Sequence record: MF547662.1
Reading direction: 5' to 3' (one strand)
From: Clostridioides phage LIBA6276
Length of the DNA stretch: 64,000 nucleotides
Shown piece by piece: positions 22,401 to 29,654 of the stretch. The notes under the pieces were generated by a model, which saw only the letters and a list, made by a program, of their open reading frames with translations, was not told the DNA's origin and did no database searches. The translations under genes and the position numbers were made by a program. How positions within the stretch are numbered: position 1 is the stretch's first letter; each line of letters starts with the position of its first letter.

Positions 22401-22699
22401 GCATAGATAATAATCCATCTAATAAATTATATAATTTTTATTTATTAGATTTTGATGAATTTTACAATGAACTTAGCAAAAAAAAGAAGCTTTATTTTAA
22501 GAATATTGATGAGTTAGAGGAATATTTTAATAAGTACAAAGATGCTATTAATAGAATCATATACGATATAAATGTATGCGAAAATACAATCAATACTTTT
22601 GTATATGATTTGTATGGTATAATTGAGCTAGAAAGTAAATCTATAGAAGATATATGTAAGACAACAAAAGACACTGTGGTTACAAGTTTAGCTTATTAA
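19472..22699 (+). CDS. Type IIG (MmeI-like) restriction-modification fusion enzyme: N-terminal PD-(D/E)xK nuclease + N6-adenine methyltransferase + target-recognition region
   Basis: DPACGSGAFL (SAM motif I), NPPY (motif IV, amino-MTase) and N-terminal D..IELK nuclease-like motif; 1075 aa from ATG 19472 (RBS AGGGGG); the six-frame ORF starts earlier at 19376. Confidence 0.65.
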   Translation: MEKYLFNQKLLKEKYNMEIDLDLYDYKQRRLILEKWRDIIDNKSIDKLNEIQLKEIFVSDILNKVLRYKSLTDNIMDYNIKPEEKTKIDGTRADIVLGYFSNEESDYRVAIELKKPTTNLDAKQLRKNNHNTPVEQGFSYLPKYGRNCTWLIVSNFKEIRLYNANDATEYEFFSIKDIYEKDDVFKKFLYLLSSKSLMTKHGKSRVEVLWEENIKQEEAIEKGFYDLYKNTRLNLFNDILLNNKDILDVKTCLTKTQKILDRVIFVCFAEHKGLIPENIFETCIQVGKKSVSRFGVWEQVKGLFESIDLGNQEKGINQFNGGLFAEDYILNNLKIPNKCFENLYKLSLYDFNSDLNENILGHIFEKSISDLEELKLEINQVNIKKKDSKRNKDGIFYTPKYITKHIVNNTIRRYLDEKKKELGEDKLPELKEEDYETVVVGRNIQHKRVQVVEYKTDKIQKYINFWKNYRDVVKNIKILDPACGSGAFLNEAFSMLKKEAESVNEILRDLTDGEISFFDLDANILKNNLYGVDLNEESVEITKLSLWLKTANKYSLLTSLDNNIKCGNSIIDNKEVDCAKAFDWNVEFEDVMMSGGFDIIIGNPPYVSTKMIPEKHREYYWKKYKDLLISEMDLYELFLYEFCENKLKQDGFLGFITPNTYFTNKSFENLRKYLLKNVCVDTILDFPYRFFPFEDVNKETAIIIINKKLPNIKNNINLISINKENMKKIKIFNSNTYNSENKITIKSIINDLDNKIVIQSNPIILKMLKCKHKLGDYLNLHKGWMSVPNKTICDGIIYDKKILSSNDIKDNNQLNGILNKCLEGKDIHRYYIDKVDKFVNIENMDDKTMRWHKSPKIITQRIVGQNQNKIIATVDIEGTIIFPSGNIINLIKEDNLEDIYFYIGVINSSLINYFYNKFYGESNTNLTADAVKNIPIPNLKNVDKSIIINNSKILINKYGKLYLYTNKFLKNVFKILSIDNNPSNKLYNFYLLDFDEFYNELSKKKKLYFKNIDELEEYFNKYKDAINRIIYDINVCENTINTFVYDLYGIIELESKSIEDICKTTKDTVVTSLAY

Positions 22700-22747
22700 T
22701 GAACAATTAGAAGGTCTACTTAAAGTAGGCTTTTTTTGTTATAATTC

Positions 22748-22775
22748 AATGATGACAGAGGTATGACAAGTATAA
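22748..22775 (+). repeat. conserved element, copy 3 (core only)
   Basis: AATGATGACAGAGGTATGACAAGTATAA between convergent RM and XRE genes. Confidence 0.55.
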
Positions 22776-22794
22776 TTTAAAAAAGAGGTGTATA

Positions 22795-23244
22795 TTAATT
22801 ATCCTCTTTTAGTCGTTCATATGCATTATCTATCATTCTCTCTATAGCTTTTCTATCCATTTCATCTAGTTGCATATATTTTTTAAGAACTTCTTTGACT
22901 TCATTATTGTAATCAGTATTTTCTAAGAATTTATTCATATCTTCTAAAGATTTAATGTCTTTTTTCCCATCAAGTATATCATAGATGGAATTATCTTCAC
23001 ATACGATTGATGGCATACCAGGTATATTTGCACTGACTGAATAGTTGGTTTTTGTATGACCTAAAAGATAATCTGTAGTGACATTAAAGTATTCAGCTAG
23101 TTTAACTATAGACTCTGCTGGTGGAGTTCTTTGGTCGTTTTCATACATACCTATAGTGCTTTGTGATACATTTAATATTTCAGCTAATTCATGTTGCTTT
23201 AATCCAAACTTAATTCTAAGTTTTTTTAATCTTTCTCCAAACAT
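22795..23244 (-). CDS. XRE-family HTH transcriptional regulator (repressor-like)
   Basis: LKKLRIKFGLKQHELAEILNVSQSTIGMYENDQRTP HTH_3 pattern; RBS GGAGGTG; divergent from Bro gene at 23505. Confidence 0.7.
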   Translation of the reverse strand: MFGERLKKLRIKFGLKQHELAEILNVSQSTIGMYENDQRTPPAESIVKLAEYFNVTTDYLLGHTKTNYSVSANIPGMPSIVCEDNSIYDILDGKKDIKSLEDMNKFLENTDYNNEVKEVLKKYMQLDEMDRKAIERMIDNAYERLKEDN

Positions 23245-23504
23245 TTTTCACCTCCAAGATATCTTTATAATTATTATACCACATAAAGTAATAAAATATT
23301 ATACTTGACATTACATTATGTGGAGTGTATTATAAAAATATAAATTACTTTAAGTGATAAAATTACTTTTAGTAATTAAAAAGAAGCCTTACAAACTTTG
23401 GACGGCGAGTAAGACTTCTTAAATAGCTGATATAATTATCAACTTGAATAGAATGATTATATCAGCTTCTTATAAAAAATACAACTTATAAGGAGGGATT
23501 AATT

Positions 23505-24548
23505 ATGGAGATAATTAATAGAGAAAATGAAAAAAGAATAATAAGCTTTAACAATGAATTATTTGGAGAAATAAGAACAATTAGAATTGAAAATGAACCC
23601 TATTTTGTCGCAACAGATATTGCAAAAGCTCTTGGGTATAAGGACACAACAAATGCAATTAAACAACATTGTAGGTGGGTGGTGAAACACCACATACCTC
23701 ACCCACAAAGTAAAACTAAAACTTTGGAAGTGAATATAATACCAGAAGGTGATATGTATAGATTAATTATAAATAGCGAATTACCAAGTGCTGAAAAATT
23801 TGAGCGTTGGGTATTTGATGAAGTTCTTCCATCAATAAGAGAACATGGAGCTTATATGACTAATGAAGCATTAGAGAAGGCAATCAATGACCCAGATTGG
23901 ACTATAAAATTACTTACAGAACTAAAGAAAGAGAGAGCTACTAAAGAAAAGTTAAAAGTAGAGCAAGAGAAAAATAAACCTAAACTTGAACTAGCTAATG
24001 CTATAGAAAGTTCATCAAGCTCAATACTAATTGCTCAACTATCTAAGATATTAAATCAGAATGGAGTAGATATAGGGCAGAATAGATTGTTTGAGTGGAT
24101 GAGAAATAATGAATATCTAATTAGGAAGAAAAGAGCTGACCATAATACTCCAACTCAAAAGTCAATGGATTTGAAAGTATTAGAGGTTTCTGAGAGTACT
24201 GGGATAGATAAAGATGGAAATACTGTAATAAGACAAACTCCTGTTGTAACTGGAAAAGGACAAATATATTTTGTAAATAAGATATTGAAAGAGAATAACA
24301 AAGTACTTAAGAGATTCATGATAAATAATGATTACATAAGAGGAGTTATGGTTGAGATAGGTAAAACATATGCTATATATGACCATGAGTACTATGGATT
24401 TATTGGTATATTAAAGAGTGTAAGAAATGAGAAAATAAGAGTAGAAAAAATAGGAGATGTTTCTAGCAGTAGGGATATTCCAATCTGTATGATAGATTAC
24501 ATAGAAGAAGCTAGTAAAGAAGATATTAATAAATATTTGAGTAAATGA
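23505..24548 (+). CDS. antirepressor-like protein, Bro-N + KilA-C domains
   Basis: ELFGEIRTIRIENEPYFVATDIAKALGY and ERWVFDEVLPSIREHGAYMT motifs. Confidence 0.6.
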   Translation: MEIINRENEKRIISFNNELFGEIRTIRIENEPYFVATDIAKALGYKDTTNAIKQHCRWVVKHHIPHPQSKTKTLEVNIIPEGDMYRLIINSELPSAEKFERWVFDEVLPSIREHGAYMTNEALEKAINDPDWTIKLLTELKKERATKEKLKVEQEKNKPKLELANAIESSSSSILIAQLSKILNQNGVDIGQNRLFEWMRNNEYLIRKKRADHNTPTQKSMDLKVLEVSESTGIDKDGNTVIRQTPVVTGKGQIYFVNKILKENNKVLKRFMINNDYIRGVMVEIGKTYAIYDHEYYGFIGILKSVRNEKIRVEKIGDVSSSRDIPICMIDYIEEASKEDINKYLSK

Positions 24549-24648
24549 TTTTGTGGAAATAGGAGTTTTGGCTTCTATTTCCTTTTGTAGTATAAATTTT
24601 CCTTTAGAATTGATACAATTAATGTATCAGAATAAAGGAGATAATGTT

Positions 24649-25809
24649 ATGTTAATAAGTGAATATATTAAAGATAATAGATGTGGGAAAAAAAGTAAAT
24701 TATATTTCAAAAAGCTTGAAGAAATAAAACAAGAATTTATTAATAGAGATTTAGAATATTTGTTGTTAACAACTTGGGACGAAGAAATCTCATGTATGAT
24801 GAAAACTGGAAGAGATTTGGATAAGTTAAAATATAGGGATGGATTTAAGGAAATAAACAATTTATTTGATAGCATATCAGAAGAAATAAGAGATGAATAT
24901 AAAGAAAAAGATACATATACAATGTTTTTTAGCAGTTGCTCTAAAGAAAAATATTATATAGCTTGTGAGTTAGCCAATAGTGCTTATAAACATATAATAC
25001 TTCCTAATATATTTGAAGATGACAAAAGTGTAAATCACAAAGTTGTGTTTAAAAAAGAACAAAAAAAAGAAATAGCATTAATGTTGAAACTTATTTCTAG
25101 CTATATGCAACATGGGTTTTCAGGTTATAAAATTTATGATACAGATATAAAATTTATAGAAAATCTATGTTTGTTTGAGGGTAAAAAGGTTTGTTATCCA
25201 AAACCAAATAATTTAACACATTTTTTAGGAGATATTTCTAGGTCTGATAATGACCCAATAGAAATACTTCATGCTAGAAATGTAATAAACAAAATAATGG
25301 AAAAAGGGTATTTTGATAATGAATTTGAACTAGTGTATTTTTTAAGAGGGAAAATAATGACTCCAATGCAAAATAAGTATGAGAAAATTGATACATCATC
25401 ATTAGAAAAAATAAATTATTTAGAAGAAAAAGCGCTTATCCAGAAAAAAATGATTTTAAATGATGAAATGGCTTATAAATGGAAAAGTGAGATTAATATG
25501 TTTAAAGTAATTTGTAAAAAGTTTAAAGATGCAACACATCAATATAGACCTGAGTGGTTAAATGGTCAAACTTTAGATGTATTTGTTCCCTCTATTAATT
25601 TGGCTTTTGAGTATCAAGGACAACAACATTTTAAGAGTGTAGATTTTTTTGGAGGGGAAGAAACTCTTGAAAAAAATAAATTAAGAGATAAAAAAAAGAA
25701 AAGGCTATGTGATGAAAATAATGTTAAATTAATTTATTGGAATTATGATGAACCAATAACTACTATAGTATTAAAGAAAAAATTAAAAGAAAATAATGTC
25801 GAATTGTAA
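24649..25809 (+). CDS. hypothetical protein with C-terminal DUF559/Vsr-like PD-(D/E)xK nuclease-fold domain
   Basis: C-terminus LDVFVPSINLAFEYQGQQHF...DKKKKRLCDENNVKLIYW fits the D..(E)..G..H...D..R...L...G..V.R pattern of DUF559; start at second ATG of GATGTTATG after AAGGAG (shared leader). Confidence 0.4.
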   Translation: MLISEYIKDNRCGKKSKLYFKKLEEIKQEFINRDLEYLLLTTWDEEISCMMKTGRDLDKLKYRDGFKEINNLFDSISEEIRDEYKEKDTYTMFFSSCSKEKYYIACELANSAYKHIILPNIFEDDKSVNHKVVFKKEQKKEIALMLKLISSYMQHGFSGYKIYDTDIKFIENLCLFEGKKVCYPKPNNLTHFLGDISRSDNDPIEILHARNVINKIMEKGYFDNEFELVYFLRGKIMTPMQNKYEKIDTSSLEKINYLEEKALIQKKMILNDEMAYKWKSEINMFKVICKKFKDATHQYRPEWLNGQTLDVFVPSINLAFEYQGQQHFKSVDFFGGEETLEKNKLRDKKKKRLCDENNVKLIYWNYDEPITTIVLKKKLKENNVEL

Positions 25810-25870
25810 TAATTTTCCTAATAGTATATTCTTGATATAATTGAAGTATCAGGATAGGGGGAGATGTTAT
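25786..25870 (+). repeat. promoter/leader cassette copy A (direct repeat of 26726-26812; partial copy 24595-24650)
   Basis: 37 nt identical then ~85% identity; contains TGATATAAT extended -10 and G-rich RBS followed by GATGTTATG start context. Confidence 0.6.
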
Positions 25871-26579
25871 GGAAGAATATTTAGGTCATTTTATTTTAAT
25901 AGGGCTAGGTGTAGGATATATTATTGTTTATTGCTTTATAAGAAACGTAATGGATAATGCTAAAGAAAAAGAAGCTAGATTAGAAAGAATAGCAGAAAGA
26001 AATAGAGAAAAAACAAAGGTGGAAAAGGCTATACAAAAAAATATTTCAATGGCTAAATGTCAAGCTTTTGGTAATTCAAACAGTGACAGTGTGATATTAA
26101 GCAATAATGGTAAAATATCTATCATTCATGCTGGATTTAAGACAGCAGTTAAAAAAAATATAGAAGATTTAGTAAGCATTAAGTTTAGCATGCAAGTTAG
26201 TGAAAAAAATCAGATGAGGATAATATCTATAGTTCCTACATATGATAAATATACTTTTGTAGAAAAAATATATTTAACTTTGATATTTGAACTTAATACT
26301 TATGAAGTATTTTATATTCCAGAACATAAAAATATAAATAATGCAGATATTCAAGAAAAAATAAAAGAAATGGAAAGATTTAAATTAGTTGTAGAGAATG
26401 AAGCAGCTAAATTTAAAAATGCTAAAATAGAAAGCAATAATGATATAAAAAAAGATGATGATGATATATCAAAAATTTCAAATTCATTAAAAGAATTACA
26501 CAGTTTGAAAGACCAAGAGATATTAACAGAAGAAGAATTTAATGAAAAGAAAAAAGTATTATTAGAGAAAATTAAATAA
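25869..26579 (+). CDS. membrane-anchored protein with C-terminal SHOCT-like domain
   Basis: N-terminal hydrophobic helix (HFILIGLGVGYIIVYCFI) and C-terminal LKELHSLKDQEILTEEEFNEKKKVLL (SHOCT-like). Confidence 0.4.
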   Translation: MEEYLGHFILIGLGVGYIIVYCFIRNVMDNAKEKEARLERIAERNREKTKVEKAIQKNISMAKCQAFGNSNSDSVILSNNGKISIIHAGFKTAVKKNIEDLVSIKFSMQVSEKNQMRIISIVPTYDKYTFVEKIYLTLIFELNTYEVFYIPEHKNINNADIQEKIKEMERFKLVVENEAAKFKNAKIESNNDIKKDDDDISKISNSLKELHSLKDQEILTEEEFNEKKKVLLEKIK

Positions 26580-26637
26580 AAATATTAAGACAGTATACTA
26601 ACTGTCTTTTTTTATGCTTTAAAAAGGAGTTGGTTAA

Positions 26638-26748
26638 ATGGCAGAAGAATTTAAGATTAAGACCAGTATAGAACTTGATGATAAAAAAGCTAGACAACAA
26701 TTAGCATCATTACAAGCGTCAGCAAAAGAAAATAATGTCGAATTGTAA
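26638..26748 (+). pseudogene. tape measure protein N-terminal remnant (36 aa) fused to repeat cassette
   Basis: MAEEFKIKTSIELDDKKARQQL.. is ~80% nt-identical to the intact TMP start at 27854 (MVEEFKIKTSIELDDKEAREKL..), then runs into the repeat encoding KENNVEL*; preceded by the same terminator+RBS arrangement as the real TMP. Confidence 0.55.
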
Positions 26749-26812
26749 TAATTTTCCTAATCGTATATTCTTGATATAATTAATGTATCAGAATATAAGG
26801 GGGATGTTATGT
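26726..26812 (+). repeat. promoter/leader cassette copy B
   Basis: see copy A. Confidence 0.6.
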
Positions 26813-27792
26813 TTAAGAAGATATTATTGATTGGGATTGTGAGTATATTAGGATTTGGAGTTGTAGGATGTAGTGATAGTAATAAAAATGAAGTAGTAAA
26901 AAAAGAAAAAAAAGAGGTATCATTAGAAGGGCTTACTCATATTATGAAAAACTATGATAAAATGACAGATTATTCTATAGATAAATTTTCTAATGAAGAG
27001 GAAAATGATTTTAATAAAGAGAATTGCATAATAGATGACAATGATGAAAAAACAAAAGAGGCATTAGAAATTACAGATAAAACATCTAAAGATATGAATG
27101 AATTGATTGCTTTATCTAAAGAATACAAAAAGAATGATTTAAATGACACAAAAAAGAAATTTGAAGATAGAATGGATGAATTCAAATCAGATATTAATTC
27201 TTATATGGTAGATATAACTCCATTTGAAACACCTGAAAGTTTGTTAAAAGAACTTGAAGAAAAGGAAAATGAGAAGATTATTTGGAAGGAGAGAAAATTT
27301 TTTATCATTGATAAAAAATTAGATAGTAAATTTATGGACTCGGAAAACAGGCCAATAAATAGTTGGTTTAAAAGTAATTATGACTTAAGAAAATTTCAGA
27401 TAGATTTTCAAAATACAGTATTAACAGGAAATGAACAGTTGAAAAAAAACTTTGATAACATAAAAATGAATATTGATGATAATAACTCTCATGAATTATT
27501 AAAGAATCAGACTAAATTAAAAAAAATTATAAAATATTGGGGTTCAGAATTATATGCTATGAATTCATATATTAGAAGTAATGAAATTACTTTGAGTGGG
27601 AATATGAATATACTTCTTTCTAAATTTGAAGAAGAAATTAGGTGTTATAGGACTATAGAATCTTCATTCTCACATGATTTAAAATCGACAAAACAGAATT
27701 TAGATAATGATAGTACAATGATGCCTTCTTATATAGAAAGTGCAGAAAAATATTATAATGACATAAAAGAAATGGAAACTTATTGGAATTAA
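26809..27792 (+). CDS. putative lipoprotein (secreted)
   Basis: signal peptide MFKKILLIGIVSILGFGVVGC with lipobox-like Cys; immediately upstream of TMP. Confidence 0.5.
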   Translation: MFKKILLIGIVSILGFGVVGCSDSNKNEVVKKEKKEVSLEGLTHIMKNYDKMTDYSIDKFSNEEENDFNKENCIIDDNDEKTKEALEITDKTSKDMNELIALSKEYKKNDLNDTKKKFEDRMDEFKSDINSYMVDITPFETPESLLKELEEKENEKIIWKERKFFIIDKKLDSKFMDSENRPINSWFKSNYDLRKFQIDFQNTVLTGNEQLKKNFDNIKMNIDDNNSHELLKNQTKLKKIIKYWGSELYAMNSYIRSNEITLSGNMNILLSKFEEEIRCYRTIESSFSHDLKSTKQNLDNDSTMMPSYIESAEKYYNDIKEMETYWN

Positions 27793-27853
27793 ATAAAAAC
27801 ATTAAGGCAGTCAATTGACTGTCTTTTTTTATACAAAAAAAGGAGTTGAGTAG

Positions 27854-29332
27854 ATGGTTGAAGAGTTTAAAATTAAAACCAGTATTGAACTTGATGACAA
27901 AGAAGCTAGAGAAAAATTAGAAAAGTTAAAAAATAGTGGTCAAGATAAGCCTATTAAATTAAATTTGAAAATAGGTGAATTAGATAAGTTATCACAGCAA
28001 GCAGAACAACTAAAAGGCATATTTAATAAAGCTTTCAAGATTGATAGTACTGCTTTAAGTAATTTAAAGCAAATTGAATCTACTATGAAAGAAATAAATA
28101 AACTAAGTAGAAGAAGTCAAGATAGTTTACTTGGTGGTGGCTCTGGAAATACAGGAAATATAAATAATGAACAACAAGATTTAATAAGACAATATAAAGA
28201 AATTTCAAATGTTGTGTCTAGGCTTCAAAATCAGATGAGGACAGGTTTAGGGGATAGTTCAATTGAAAGAACAACAGAGCAAATTGAAAGATTAAAAAGA
28301 CAATTGGATTCAGTGTATGCACAAATGAATTCATCATCTCAAGCTAGAATGGATATGTTTGATGCTTCAAGAGCAACAAGAGATTTAGCTGATATGAATA
28401 GAAGTCTTTCAAGAATAGAAGATATGGCAACACAAGCATCTGCTAGGCTTAATGGATTAGGCGATAATATAGATACAGATAAAGTAAATAGACTTAGGAA
28501 TGAGTTACAAGAATTAAAACAGATAGCTAGTAGAAATATAGATTTAAATCTTGATGTAGGTAATATAGTTAATAGAATACAAGAGATAAATCAAGAAGTT
28601 AGAAATTTAGAAAGAGTTGATAGCTTAAGGTCTAATTTCAGCAGAATAGAAGATTCTATTAGACAGGCATTTGGGAATGAGAGAGTTGAAGCTTTTAGAC
28701 GTTCTTTAGAGCAACTTCAAGGTTCGGCAGGAAATCTAAATGGTGATTTTAACAATATATTTGATAGACTAACAAGAGAAATGAGAGACGCGAGACAAGA
28801 AGCTGAAAGATTAAATAATACAGTTTCAAAGGGTGGAGGATTTTTTAATGATTTTTATTCATCTATAGCATCATATTCGATTGGAGATATGTTAGGAGAT
28901 GCTTTAACTGACGGAATTAGGTCTATGAAAGATGTTATATTAGAGCTTGATAGCTCTATGACTGACCTTAAAAAGGTTGCAGAACCAACAGATATTGATA
29001 GCACATCTGAGTTAGATAAGATAAGGGAAAAAGCAATACAAACAGCTAAAGATGTAGGAATGAGTGCATCACAAGTTCAAGAATCAATAGCATCTTCTTT
29101 ACAAGCAGGAATTGGAGGTATGCAAGAAAGTATTGCTGCTGCAAGACAATCAATGATACTTGCCAATGTAGGGGACATGGATGTTGAAGGTGCTTCTTCA
29201 GCAGTAAACACAATAATAAATGGATTTAGAATTGAACCTTTAAAAGAAATGCAAGTGCAGGTTGGAAATACTACAAAGAAAACAACAGAATTAACTGCTG
29301 CAATGGATATGCTAAATTGTTTGGCGTGTTAG
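27854..29332 (+). CDS. tail tape measure protein, N-terminal segment
   Basis: 492 aa, coiled-coil rich; N-terminus paralogous to remnant at 26638; tail-module position. Confidence 0.55.
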   Translation: MVEEFKIKTSIELDDKEAREKLEKLKNSGQDKPIKLNLKIGELDKLSQQAEQLKGIFNKAFKIDSTALSNLKQIESTMKEINKLSRRSQDSLLGGGSGNTGNINNEQQDLIRQYKEISNVVSRLQNQMRTGLGDSSIERTTEQIERLKRQLDSVYAQMNSSSQARMDMFDASRATRDLADMNRSLSRIEDMATQASARLNGLGDNIDTDKVNRLRNELQELKQIASRNIDLNLDVGNIVNRIQEINQEVRNLERVDSLRSNFSRIEDSIRQAFGNERVEAFRRSLEQLQGSAGNLNGDFNNIFDRLTREMRDARQEAERLNNTVSKGGGFFNDFYSSIASYSIGDMLGDALTDGIRSMKDVILELDSSMTDLKKVAEPTDIDSTSELDKIREKAIQTAKDVGMSASQVQESIASSLQAGIGGMQESIAAARQSMILANVGDMDVEGASSAVNTIINGFRIEPLKEMQVQVGNTTKKTTELTAAMDMLNCLAC

Positions 29333-29654
29333 ATAGAAATATCTAATATTATGAGGGGGCAAAATCGGTGAAGACTGAGATGTTACCACCGAGGTAAATT
29401 AAAGAATTAAAAGACTTTAATCACCGTAACGCATAGGAAATGAACCTATGCTATTTTTATGTTTAAAATAGCATAGAATATAATTTTCCCACGAGTGTCC
29501 TCCATCTGAACAAGTAATCTTGAAGATGAAAATATATGCTGAACTTACATGAATAAGAAATGTAAGAACTACAAGATAAAAAGCTTGTAGGGTAACAATT
29601 TGAAACTATGCAGGGAATAATTATGCAATTGGAACAGCAGGTGTTGCCGAAGCG
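29333..29654 (+). other. 322-nt structured non-coding segment interrupting tape measure coding (candidate small group I intron or intergenic spacer of a split gene)
   Basis: stops in the TMP frame; several hairpins (CTATGCTATTTT..AAAATAGCATAG; TTACC..GGTAA; GGTGA..TCACC); the downstream reading frame opens at 29616 (NYAGNNYAIGTAGVAEA MKRGG...). Confidence 0.3.

Noticed and set aside
19472-22699. BREX PglX methyltransferase
   Set aside because: The NPPY adenine-MTase and size are compatible, but no brxA/B/C/Z/L-like genes are adjacent, and an N-terminal PD-(D/E)xK-like motif favours an autonomous Type IIG enzyme.
29333-29654. Group II intron in the tape measure gene
   Set aside because: The insert is only ~320 nt with no reverse-transcriptase/maturase ORF, too small for a group II intron. 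A small group I intron or a plain spacer remain possible.
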